64,000 bases of DNA from Candidatus Lloydbacteria bacterium RIFCSPHIGHO2_02_FULL_50_18 (GCA_001821395.1 MHLM01000014.1:128001-192000); one strand, 5' to 3'. Shown: positions 29,687 to 37,032, counted from the first letter of the stretch. The notes: generated by a model not told the origin, from the letters alone. Made by a program: numbers and translations.

Positions 29687-31207
29687 TTGAGAGGTGAGTG
29701 GATGAAAGCAAACAAATTTTATATTATTAACAACAACTATCGTATGGCAACCAAGAAACCCGTGAAGACTGCTCCGAAGAAGAAGGTCGCAAAGCCCGTC
29801 AAGCCTGCCCGCGCAGGCGGGAAGGCAGTTGCAAAGCCCGCACCAAAAAAGCCTGCACGGGTAACGGCTAAGGCGCAGAAGGTGACGCTCGCGAAGCCCG
29901 CAAAAAAGGCCGGGAAGCCTGCGAAGAAAAAGAAGAAGAACACGGGAACCAAACCGGGAAGCGCAAACACGCGCAACGCAAAGAATGCCAAAGCGAAGAA
30001 GGAGCTGAAGGCGCATCCAAAACCCGAAACGGACGAGAAGCCAAAGAAGCTCACGGCCTCCGAGAAGAAGGCGCTCGCCAAGAAAGAGCAGCTCGCACCG
30101 CCCCCAAAGAAGACGATGACCAAGGAGCGCAAAGCCTTGGAGCATAAGTTGACCACCCTCATCACCCGTGGCCGCGATCGCGGTTTCATCACCTTCGACG
30201 AGATCCTGCGCGTGTTCCCGGAGATCGAGAACAATCTCGACTTCCTGGAAGAGGTCTACGATCGGATGGGCGTCATGGGCGTCGACATCCTCGAGTCGGG
30301 CGGCTTGCTTGATGTGGTGACCGAAGACGAGACTCCGCACCACGGCGCATCAAAGAAATATCTGACGACAAAGTCCTCGCCATACGACTCGACGCAGATG
30401 TATCTCCGCGAGATTGGTCAGTATCCGCTGCTTTCCGCACGCGACGAGCGCGAGCTTGCACAGCGCATTCAGGCGAGCGATCCTGAGGCAAAGAATCTCC
30501 TCGCACGCGCCAACCTTCGCCTTGTGGTCTCCGTTGCCAAGAAATACGTCGGTCGCTCACCCGACCTCACACTGCTTGACCTCATCCAGGAGGGGAATCT
30601 CGGTCTTTTCCGTGCCGTCGATAAGTTCGACTGGTCGAAGGGCTACAAGTTCTCGACCTATGCTACATGGTGGATCCGTCAGGCCATCACCCGCGCCTTG
30701 GCCGACCAGTCCCGCACCATCCGTATCCCGGTCCATATGGTGGAGACCATCGCGAAGTATAAGCAGGTCGTCCGCCGCCTGACTCAGGACCTGGGTCGCG
30801 AGCCGATGGCCGAAGAGGTCTCGACCGAAATGGGTATCGACATCGAGCGCGTCCGCATCATTGAGAACATCGACCAGGATACCGTTTCCCTCGAGAAGCC
30901 GATTGGTGATGACGAAGACAAGTCCACCCTCGGTGAATTCATCGCTGATGAGAAGATCCTTTCACCCGACGCAGAGTCTTCCCGCCGTATCCTTAGCGAT
31001 CAGGTGGGGGAGATACTTGGAGATCTCAGCCCAAAGGAGAGGAAGATTCTTGAAATGCGGCATGGGCTATTGGACGGTGTAACGCACACTCTCGAAGAAG
31101 TCGGGAAAGAGTTTGGGGTTACGCGTGAACGTATTAGACAGATCGAGGCCAAGGCCCACGAGAAGATCCGCCAGCACGCGAACATCAACAAACTGCGAAG
31201 CTACTAA
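29687..31207 (+). CDS. rpoD: RNA polymerase principal sigma factor (sigma-70 family) with Lys/Ala/Pro-rich histone-H1-like N-terminal region
   Basis: Region 2 ([27 protein letters not shown]), region 3 and region 4 ([15 protein letters not shown]...[23 protein letters not shown]). About 130 N-terminal residues are AKP/KK repeats. It is adjacent to dnaG (MMS-operon order). Confidence 0.9.
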   Translation: MRGEWMKANKFYIINNNYRMATKKPVKTAPKKKVAKPVKPARAGGKAVAKPAPKKPARVTAKAQKVTLAKPAKKAGKPAKKKKKNTGTKPGSANTRNAKNAKAKKELKAHPKPETDEKPKKLTASEKKALAKKEQLAPPPKKTMTKERKALEHKLTTLITRGRDRGFITFDEILRVFPEIENNLDFLEEVYDRMGVMGVDILESGGLLDVVTEDETPHHGASKKYLTTKSSPYDSTQMYLREIGQYPLLSARDERELAQRIQASDPEAKNLLARANLRLVVSVAKKYVGRSPDLTLLDLIQEGNLGLFRAVDKFDWSKGYKFSTYATWWIRQAITRALADQSRTIRIPVHMVETIAKYKQVVRRLTQDLGREPMAEEVSTEMGIDIERVRIIENIDQDTVSLEKPIGDDEDKSTLGEFIADEKILSPDAESSRRILSDQVGEILGDLSPKERKILEMRHGLLDGVTHTLEEVGKEFGVTRERIRQIEAKAHEKIRQHANINKLRSY

Positions 31208-31211
31208 GACA

Positions 31212-31293
31212 AACAACAAAAAACGGGGGTGCTAAGGTCCGACCTTAAGAATTTTAAAAGGTCGGACCTTGGAGAAACTGCACCCCCGTTTTT
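31212..31293 (+). terminator. compound terminator (outer stem aaaaaacgggggtgc...gcacccccgttttttg enclosing inner hairpin ggtccgacc...ggtcggacc)
   Basis: Nested perfect hairpins with a T-run, immediately after rpoD. Confidence 0.7.
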
Positions 31294-31299
31294 TGCTGT

Positions 31300-31470
31300 G
31301 GCTCCGCAGTTAGTTATGCCGTGCATGTCGTATCTAGGACGCGTAATTTGGGCGCATTGCTTTGTTGTCATCGGAACGAACCCCGCTCATCGTACCAGAG
31401 TACGCCTCGGGAGGTATCGTCCCTCGACGTCTCGCACTGCATCCCCAATTACGCGTCCAAAATATGACCG
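31300..31470. repeat. intergenic repeat family A, copy 4 (aatttgggcgcattgc...cgtaccagagtacg hairpin...tcgcactgcatccccaattacgcg)
   Basis: Same terminal blocks as copies 1 and 3. Confidence 0.55.
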
Positions 31471-31621
31471 TTTAAGCAAATTAAGGTTGTTAGTTGCAGG
31501 TAGGCTATACTTTTTGACAAAAGATTAACAATACATATTATTTGTAAATAAAATATGTTGTTATATATAGATATTCTGAAAATTGAGTTATATTGTTAAT
31601 ATATAAAATACAATATCCACA

Positions 31622-31650
31622 TTGACACTGGTAAATAAGGGAATATAATA
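31622..31650 (+). promoter_or_regulatory. near-consensus sigma-70 promoter TTGACA-16-TATAAT driving the mini-HTH array
   Basis: ttgaca at 31622-31627, tataat at 31644-31649, and the first gene at 31685. The surrounding 200 bp is extremely AT-rich and has a second ttgacaaaag box at 31515. Confidence 0.55.
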
Positions 31651-31684
31651 ATTTCTTATAAACAAAAAACTTAGCAATCAATTT

Positions 31685-31909
31685 ATGGAAGAAGAGAATA
31701 TAAAACTTTCAGCAATAGACCGAAAACTCACTGTGATTGTTGGTTTGCTGTTTAAAATTTCAAATCAAGGGGGAAAGTCAACGCTGAAAGATCAAGTGAA
31801 AGAACTTTCAAGCCTTGGGTTGTCTGCAAATGAAATCGCTGCCACTTTGGGGAAAAAGATAACTCACATAAGAAAAGAATTAACAGGACTTAAAAAAACA
31901 AAGAAGTAA
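31685..31909 (+). CDS. mini HTH protein 1 of 7 (sigma-70 region-4/LuxR-like HTH, Lys-rich tail), 74 aa
   Basis: LTVIVGLLFKI...LSSLGLSANEIAATLGKKITHIRKELTGLKKTKK fits the HTH consensus G-h-S/T-x-x-E-I-A-x-x-L...V/I...L seen in sigma region 4.2 and LuxR. Confidence 0.6.
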   Translation: MEEENIKLSAIDRKLTVIVGLLFKISNQGGKSTLKDQVKELSSLGLSANEIAATLGKKITHIRKELTGLKKTKK

Positions 31910-31910
31910 T

Positions 31911-32126
31911 ATGGACAATCAGGATTTATTACAGACAATATCAAAAAAACTCGGTGTTCTAATTGCCCTACAGCTTCAAGAAAAATCAGAAAAGTTTTCT
32001 GTATCTGAGGGAGTGGAGTTACTTACTCGTTTTGGAATGACCCCAACTGAGATTGCAGATATTCTAAATACCTCAACAAACACCGTGAATGTTATGAGAT
32101 CTCGTCTTAAAAATAAAAAGAAATAA
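31911..32126 (+). CDS. mini HTH protein 2 of 7, 71 aa
   Basis: LGVLIALQL...LTRFGMTPTEIADILNTSTNTVNVMRSRLKNKKK. It starts 1 nt after the previous stop. Confidence 0.6.
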   Translation: MDNQDLLQTISKKLGVLIALQLQEKSEKFSVSEGVELLTRFGMTPTEIADILNTSTNTVNVMRSRLKNKKK

Positions 32127-32128
32127 GC

Positions 32129-32314
32129 ATGGAAAAAGAAATACTTGAACAAATCAAATATCAAAACAGTCAGCTAAGAGACATCTTTATCTTCTTACTT
32201 AGCAGAGAAGGGTATAACGATTCAGAAATACGAGCCATTGTCGGAAGTGTCGATAATAATAAAATTAGAAAAATAAGTGCAGGCCTCAAAAGAATTAAGA
32301 AACTTAAAAAATAG
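32129..32314 (+). CDS. mini HTH protein 3 of 7, 61 aa
   Basis: LRDIFIFLLSREGYNDSEIRAIVGSVDNNKIRKISAGLKRIKKLKK. Confidence 0.55.
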   Translation: MEKEILEQIKYQNSQLRDIFIFLLSREGYNDSEIRAIVGSVDNNKIRKISAGLKRIKKLKK

Positions 32315-32315
32315 C

Positions 32316-32486
32316 ATGATTAAGAAAAATCAAAATAATGAAAGTGATCGGACATCTGACTTGGTGATGAAATTACTTATACTTGAACTCGCTAAATTCG
32401 GTCTACCTCAAGGCGAAATAGCAAAGAAGCTTTGCGTAAACATTGTGGTTGTTAATGACTTTCTTAAAGGAATAAAACTTAAATAA
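32316..32486 (+). CDS. mini HTH protein 4 of 7, 56 aa (start reassigned to ATG 32316)
   Basis: MIKKNQNNESDRTSDLVMKLLILELAKFGLPQGEIAKKLCVNIVVVNDFLKGIKLK. It starts 1 nt after the stop of gene 3. Confidence 0.5.
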   Translation: MIKKNQNNESDRTSDLVMKLLILELAKFGLPQGEIAKKLCVNIVVVNDFLKGIKLK

Positions 32487-32487
32487 T

Positions 32488-32646
32488 ATGGCAAAAAAGA
32501 AAAGCGAGAAACTTGAACCACTAGAAGAAATTAAAAGGCTTCTTGTATTGGGGCTAGTAAATCAAGGCGTAAAAGGGAAAGATATTGCAGCTGTTCTTGA
32601 CGTTGATCCTGCAATAATTAGCCGACTTTTGTCTCCCAAAAAATAA
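32488..32646 (+). CDS. mini HTH protein 5 of 7, 52 aa (below the ORF-track cutoff)
   Basis: MAKKKSEKLEPLEEIKRLLVLGLVNQGVKGKDIAAVLDVDPAIISRLLSPKK. It starts 1 nt after the stop of gene 4. Confidence 0.5.
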   Translation: MAKKKSEKLEPLEEIKRLLVLGLVNQGVKGKDIAAVLDVDPAIISRLLSPKK

Positions 32647-32650
32647 ATTT

Positions 32651-32863
32651 ATGAATGAAAATACGGATATTACAAAACGTCTTGATGCAATTGCTTTGCT
32701 ACTTTTAAAACTACTGCCAAAGGAAACACTTGGACCCGATCAGGACAAGATACTATTTTTTAGTAGCCTCGGCTATTCAAATACTGAAATAGCAAAGTTG
32801 TTGCTCAAAACTCCAAACCAAGTTAAATCACTTCTCCACTTAGGAAAGAAGAAGAATCAATAA
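32651..32863 (+). CDS. mini HTH protein 6 of 7, 70 aa
   Basis: LDAIALLLLKLL...FFSSLGYSNTEIAKLLLKTPNQVKSLLHLGKKKNQ. Confidence 0.6.
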   Translation: MNENTDITKRLDAIALLLLKLLPKETLGPDQDKILFFSSLGYSNTEIAKLLLKTPNQVKSLLHLGKKKNQ

Positions 32864-32864
32864 T

Positions 32865-33443
32865 ATGACAGATCGACTTAATCCTAAAATAATTGTGATT
32901 CTTGAAGCCAAGTTGGGTAAAACTGCTGAACAGATAAGACCGCGATTGTCTGAGTTGCGTCGCAAACACAGCGGCTTAACGATGAATGCTGCGGCACAGA
33001 TGTACGCAATGTCTCACAACACATCTATTATGGGGAAACTTGATGTAGAAGATCGACAATCTCTAGCTACTGTTCAAGCCATTACGCAGGTGAGCGTGTC
33101 TAGTGTATCTAAGGTTGATAAGCGCACACTAAACATTAACAACTCCCCGATACACAATCTCTCATTTGGTGACCGAAACCAGGTGGGTCAAAGTGTTGTG
33201 AATATCGATAATTCCCTAGAAAAGCTATCTAAACAAATTGAAAAAAGTACAGTACTAACGGATGATGAGAAAAATGATTATAAATCCGACATAGAGACCA
33301 TCGCGAGTCAAGTTGGAAAAAGTAAACCCAACAGATCGATTATTAAAACGGCATGGGAAGGAATAAAAGCACTATCTGAATTAGAGGGTTTTGCTCAGGC
33401 TGTAGCTCACACTGGTACATTAATTCAGCACTTTATTTCATAG
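32865..33443 (+). CDS. mini HTH protein 7 of 7 with about 130-aa C-terminal extension, 192 aa
   Basis: The N-terminus KIIVILEAKLGKTAEQIRPRLSELRRK is related to the other six. The C-terminal extension is Asn/Ser/Lys-rich with no recognised motif. Confidence 0.55.
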   Translation: MTDRLNPKIIVILEAKLGKTAEQIRPRLSELRRKHSGLTMNAAAQMYAMSHNTSIMGKLDVEDRQSLATVQAITQVSVSSVSKVDKRTLNINNSPIHNLSFGDRNQVGQSVVNIDNSLEKLSKQIEKSTVLTDDEKNDYKSDIETIASQVGKSKPNRSIIKTAWEGIKALSELEGFAQAVAHTGTLIQHFIS

Positions 33444-33475
33444 CATGTAGCTCGCTTCGCTCACTAGAGGGATCA

Positions 33476-33484
33476 CCCCCCCCC
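33476..33484. repeat. homopolymeric C9 tract
   Basis: gatcacccccccccatatt lies between the HTH array and the downstream secreted-protein gene. Such tracts undergo slipped-strand length variation in many bacteria. Confidence 0.6.
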
Positions 33485-33507
33485 ATATTATTCCAATTTT
33501 TTTCTAT

Positions 33508-33547
33508 AATTACCATATAATACGCCATGGCGTATTATATGGTAATT
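33508..33547. promoter_or_regulatory. 40-bp perfect palindrome (aattaccatataatacgcc|at|ggcgtattatatggtaatt) containing TATAAT on both strands
   Basis: The reverse complement of the left 19 nt equals the right 19 nt exactly. It lies 50-110 nt upstream of the 33599/33620 gene and is a candidate operator overlapping a -10. Confidence 0.6.
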
Positions 33548-33619
33548 CGAAAACCAGTACATTCATGATTGATTTTGTGAATCTGTTGGCTGATTGCTTT
33601 GTTTACCGTAAAGTATAGT

Positions 33620-33922
33620 ATGAGTCGCATGAATAAATTTCTCTTTGGGCTTGCGGTTGTTGGGCTTTTTGGCATCGTGGCGCCTGAAACATCAGCTCAT
33701 CCGGGTAATACCGCCTCCGATGGTTGTCACTACTGTCGCACAAATTGTGCCAAGTGGGGAGAGGTAGAAAATGCAAGACACTGTCATGGAAGCAGTAGTT
33801 CTGCGGGTCGCTCAAGTAGAGCTAATGATGATGGGGGTAGTGGAGGATGGCTGTGGCCCATCGCGGGCATAGCTGCTGGAGCCGGTGTTGTATATTTTGG
33901 TGGCAAGAATAAGTCTAAATAA
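33620..33922 (+). CDS. small secreted Cys/His-rich protein with N-terminal signal peptide and C-terminal TM anchor (about 100 aa)
   Basis: MSRMNKFLFGLAVVGLFGIVAPETSA is a signal peptide. HPGNTASDGCHYCRTNCAKWGEVENARHCHG is a putative metal-binding cluster. A Gly/Ser linker precedes WLWPIAGIAAGAGVVYFGG (TM) and a KNKSK tail. The track ORF starts at a TTG at 33599; ATG 33620 is preferred. Confidence 0.6.
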   Translation: MSRMNKFLFGLAVVGLFGIVAPETSAHPGNTASDGCHYCRTNCAKWGEVENARHCHGSSSSAGRSSRANDDGGSGGWLWPIAGIAAGAGVVYFGGKNKSK

Positions 33923-34134
33923 AACGGAGACGAGCTCGCTAGGGGGGCAGACTCCTCCTTTTTCAAGCAATTATTTTGCGTATAAGGAAATTGGTGAAAA
34001 TTTTATGAAGCTGTTGCGCTTAGAGAAAACTGATAATATTAAATCAAGCTGTTATCGTGGCATGATTTAAGTTTAATAAAAGAAAACGGGATAAGCCCAC
34101 AACCTAAAACTTACTGATCGTATGGAATATAAAT

Positions 34135-34929
34135 TTGGAGGTGCTCGGGTGGCGATTGTGGTGTTATAGTAAAGACATGAATAGATTGAAGCAGGCCTTC
34201 GATACTAAAGAAAAATTATTTTGGTTGGGCTATTGGATTATCAGTCTTTCCGCTATCGTTGCATTCTTTTTTCGGGTTGTTCCGATGCAAGCGCAGCATC
34301 CCGAGAGGGCTTATGAGAATAGCGCCATTTTCGTTATTCCTTTTCTGGTTCTGTTTGTTGTATTGCGTGTGTTATCTAAATTTCGTGATTTAAACAAATT
34401 TAAACAGCGTTTGATTATTGTTTATCTTATCTGTCTTTTTGGAGCGGCAGTTTTGTTCTGGCCGTCTCGAGTGGATGATGCTCAGGTGTTACTATGGCTA
34501 CTCTTAATCTCATTTATTGCAGCCACCTTACTTGTTTTTGGATATTCACTCGTAAGAATAGAAGAATCAAAAAAATCATTTTTAATGAAATTTGTTTTAA
34601 TTTGCATTCTATTTTCCCCTGCACTTTTTGTCCCTGCCGATGTATGGATAAGTAGCGGGATAAAATTTCCGCATCTTTGCGAAACACAAACCATTAATCA
34701 TCCTGGTGTTCCGATTGACTACGTTTGTACGCCAGAGATGGGACTATGTGGACGAGGTCTACCTTCCGCCGGGGAAGGGTGGTCAGATACAAAATCCATT
34801 TGTATCTGGGATTTACAAGCTGGGTTAGGTCTCATTTTCAGTACCTTGTTCAGGTTTTTTTACTCATCCTTGATCGCAATCGTAATTACCATAAAAACGG
34901 GGAAAAGTGGAGATAAGTCCTCGACCTAA
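34135..34929 (+). CDS. hypothetical polytopic membrane protein (about 250 aa)
   Basis: Six or more hydrophobic helices; AT-rich codon usage like the upstream island. Confidence 0.55.
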   Translation: MEVLGWRLWCYSKDMNRLKQAFDTKEKLFWLGYWIISLSAIVAFFFRVVPMQAQHPERAYENSAIFVIPFLVLFVVLRVLSKFRDLNKFKQRLIIVYLICLFGAAVLFWPSRVDDAQVLLWLLLISFIAATLLVFGYSLVRIEESKKSFLMKFVLICILFSPALFVPADVWISSGIKFPHLCETQTINHPGVPIDYVCTPEMGLCGRGLPSAGEGWSDTKSICIWDLQAGLGLIFSTLFRFFYSSLIAIVITIKTGKSGDKSST

Positions 34930-34956
34930 AATTTCCCGACTGCAGGAAGCATAAAT

Positions 34957-35022
34957 TTGGAAGTACTCTTTGTGGTGATTGATTTCTGAAACGCGTGGTC
35001 AAATTTGCAAAGTCCTGATGGG
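34957..35022 (+). repeat. intergenic repeat family B, copy 1 (ggaagtactctttgtggtg-attgatttc-...tggtcaaatttgcaaagtcctgatggg) followed by a terminator
   Basis: Related copies at 35700-35744 and 37405-37468. The gaagtactctYYgtggt block also occurs at 4136-4153, 36990-37007 and 38860-38878. Confidence 0.6.
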
Positions 35023-35033
35023 ATATTTGTGAA

Positions 35034-35063
35034 TAAAAAAAGCCCCGCGGATGCGGGGTGAAT
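35034..35063. terminator. bidirectional terminator (aaaaaaagccccgcggatgcggggtg)
   Basis: GC hairpin with an A-run on the 5' side, located between convergent genes. Confidence 0.6.
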
Positions 35064-35071
35064 GGCAGGAA

Positions 35072-35425
35072 TTACCGAGCCGAGGACTGTATTTTTTCTA
35101 CTTCCTCGGCGAGTTTTTGTGCGAATGTGCGCAATGCTTCGATTTCTGCCCCATCGTTAACACCAACCATGTAGACCTCGCCGCCCCAGAAATGGTTCTT
35201 TACGCGAACCTCAGTGTAGACAGTGTCCCCCTCGATCGGTTCATGTGACAATGACTCGACTGCAAAATGCATATGTCGATAAGGTGAACATACGCCAAGC
35301 ACGAATGCGGGTTTTCCGTCCGCTAAGGTTCTCTTGATGACCGCTTTGTCGCCAGCAATTGCCTTGATGGCCTCGACGATATTGCGACCCATCACGCTCT
35401 TCATCTGTACAAGATCAGATCCCAT
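35072..35425 (-). CDS. hypothetical protein (117 aa)
   Basis: Clean ORF ending at the bidirectional terminator; no motif recognised. Confidence 0.55.
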   Translation of the reverse strand: MGSDLVQMKSVMGRNIVEAIKAIAGDKAVIKRTLADGKPAFVLGVCSPYRHMHFAVESLSHEPIEGDTVYTEVRVKNHFWGGEVYMVGVNDGAEIEALRTFAQKLAEEVEKIQSSAR

Positions 35426-35555
35426 AAATACCTCTTTAAATACAAAACTAACTCACATAATACAAGTTAAATTGTAAATGTCAAACAACATGAAAATGAG
35501 GTAAGCATGATAGAAAACGGGGATAAGCAAACGACCCCAGGATGGATTGGACGCC

Positions 35556-35699
35556 TTATCCGTTGATGATTTCTCCGCCATTCGGATGAAGTACTTGTCC
35601 TGTCATGAACGAAGAATCCTCTGACGCGAGAAATACGAATGATGGAGCGATTTCGCTTGGCTGTGCTGCGCGTTTCAAGATAGAATTTAAGTAAGTCCC
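35556..35699 (-). pseudogene. C-terminal fragment of a short-chain dehydrogenase/reductase (SDR), 5'-truncated at repeat family B copy 2
   Basis: The minus-strand translation ...GTYLNSILKRAAQPSEIAPSFVFLASEDSSFMTGQVLHPNGGEIING* matches the SDR C-terminus (G.PEEIA..V.FLASD.AS.ITGQ.L.V.GG). The frame hits a stop inside the repeat tggtcaaatttgc at about 35720. Confidence 0.6.
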
Positions 35700-35744
35700 A
35701 TTGATTCTTGATTCGTGTGGTCAAATTTGCAAAGTCCTGATGGG
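35700..35744 (+). repeat. intergenic repeat family B, copy 2 (ttgattcttgattcgtg-tggtcaaatttgcaaagtcctgatggg), followed by hairpin gtgccgcacattactgtgcggcgg at 35762-35786
   Basis: The 27-nt core is identical to copy 1. Confidence 0.6.
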
Positions 35745-35794
35745 GGAGTGGTGTTAAAAAATGTGCCGCACATTACTGTGCGGCGGGGAGGGGA

Positions 35795-36115
35795 TTAGCA
35801 GGTCGGTCGACGAATCCACCAGCCTGCATATTTGTCGTCAACAAGGTGGTTACGCCAGCCGTTCGGTCCAGCGAGTTCGGTTATCCGAACTCTCAGGAAT
35901 CTGGATGAAGCATTGTCCATTTTCATTGCGTTCGGCGGGATGAAAAGGAAGCCATCCGCGCTTACCTCTGCATCGCTCGGCACCATTCCCGTCAGGAGAA
36001 GTAATAGTGCATCAAACTCCTCCCGCTTTGTTTCATTGCGCGTGCTAGATTTCATTGCAAGTCTCCTTGTTCGTGGAAAAAGATCTGACCGCGGGATAAT
36101 AGCATGAATATACAA
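35795..36115 (-). CDS. hypothetical protein (possibly a gene remnant)
   Basis: ORF only. It lies in a degenerate region between a pseudogene and repeats. Confidence 0.25.
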   Translation of the reverse strand: MYIHAIIPRSDLFPRTRRLAMKSSTRNETKREEFDALLLLLTGMVPSDAEVSADGFLFIPPNAMKMDNASSRFLRVRITELAGPNGWRNHLVDDKYAGWWIRRPTC

Positions 36116-36185
36116 CTAAGTCAATAGCGCTCAGTTTCGCTCACATGGGGGTCTTGTTCCCATTCACGATTGATCTACGTGCGCA

Positions 36186-36213
36186 GCAAGAAAAACACCC
36201 CGTTTTTTTCGGG
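36186..36213. terminator. bidirectional terminator (aaaaacaccccgtttttttcggggtgtc)
   Basis: Hairpin with flanking A- and T-runs, downstream of the lipoprotein gene on the minus strand. Confidence 0.6.
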
Positions 36214-36236
36214 GTGTCACAGGTTTGTCCTTCGGT

Positions 36237-36713
36237 TTATTTCTTTTGTTCAAGTATTTTTCGGATATCTTTTTCGGCAGCACGGTCTGCCGCACGCTGC
36301 TCCTGGTGAGCAAAGAGGACCCGAACCGATGAGGCCAATTCTCTTGGCTCCATTTCAATGATCGCCCCTTTTGTGCAGAGTCCAAATTTCGTCGAATCGG
36401 TGCGATGTGCAACCAGGTAATGCTGATCTTCTTTTGCATTTTCCTCAAGCATTGCCCGCGCCAAGGTTCCATTCTTGTTGTTGTGTACAGAAACAATCGG
36501 CGTCAGATACGTGACCCAGCACAGAGAAGGTGTGGTGTCTTTTCCCGACAGAATATCGTTCGCGTTCACTGTGTTCGTGAGTATCGTGTTCGGGAACAAT
36601 CCGTTGGTGCCTATGGGGGGCAGTGGCTCCATCGAGCTCTTGTACCCGCTGTCTGTACAGCCGGCGGCGATGAGTGTGGTCGTCAGGACGAGGGCGGTGG
36701 TCAGATATTTCAT
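36237..36713 (-). CDS. lipoprotein (158 aa)
   Basis: Reassigned start MKYLTTALVLTTTLIAAGC has the lipobox LIAAG|C. The track ORF extends upstream to 36851 in the same frame with no signal-peptide logic. Confidence 0.6.
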   Translation of the reverse strand: MKYLTTALVLTTTLIAAGCTDSGYKSSMEPLPPIGTNGLFPNTILTNTVNANDILSGKDTTPSLCWVTYLTPIVSVHNNKNGTLARAMLEENAKEDQHYLVAHRTDSTKFGLCTKGAIIEMEPRELASSVRVLFAHQEQRAADRAAEKDIRKILEQKK

Positions 36714-36922
36714 TAAAGACTCCTTGCTGTTGAAAATTTTTTCTGCATGATTTCTATCACAGCAATCAACATGTGTCAAGAAAACGTAATAGTTCAATAG
36801 CTTGGACGCAAAGTATCCATTAAACTTCGCGTCATATGCCATACACAACAAACCCTGCCCTGCTCCGCGTCCGTCGCGATGCGGCTGCTATGAAAACGTG
36901 GACAGTCACAATTGATTTCTGG

Positions 36923-37007
36923 GGTTCACTTCGCTCGCCAGAGGAGTCAGCGACCAATTTTTCTTAACGGTACTCCGTCTTAGAAAAATGAAGTACTCTC
37001 CGTGGTA
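36923..37007 (+). repeat. intergenic repeat family A right module, copy 5 (ggttcacttcgctcgcc...gcgaccaatttttcttaacggtactccgtcttagaaaaatgaagtactctccgtggta)
   Basis: Near-identical to 4080-4153. Confidence 0.6.
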
Positions 37008-37032
37008 AAATAATTCCTTCCTAATTCTATTC

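Noticed and set aside
29450-30343. 297-aa ORF on the minus strand antisense to dnaG/rpoD, plus the many antisense ORFs inside rpoB/rpoC (for example 25954-26475, 26192-26836)
   Set aside because: They are fully embedded in strongly supported housekeeping genes on the opposite strand. They are GC-driven open frames with Arg/Leu/Ser-rich low-complexity translations and no RBS.
35467-35724. 85-aa minus-strand ORF from the track
   Set aside because: It is a different frame of the same DNA, which clearly encodes an SDR C-terminal fragment. The track ORF is an out-of-frame artefact.
36237-36851. 204-aa lipoprotein ORF with 46-residue N-terminal extension (MLCMAYDAKFNGYF...)
   Set aside because: The extension precedes a textbook lipoprotein signal (MKYLTTALVLTTTLIAAGC) and overlaps repeat and terminator sequence, so the internal Met start was chosen.
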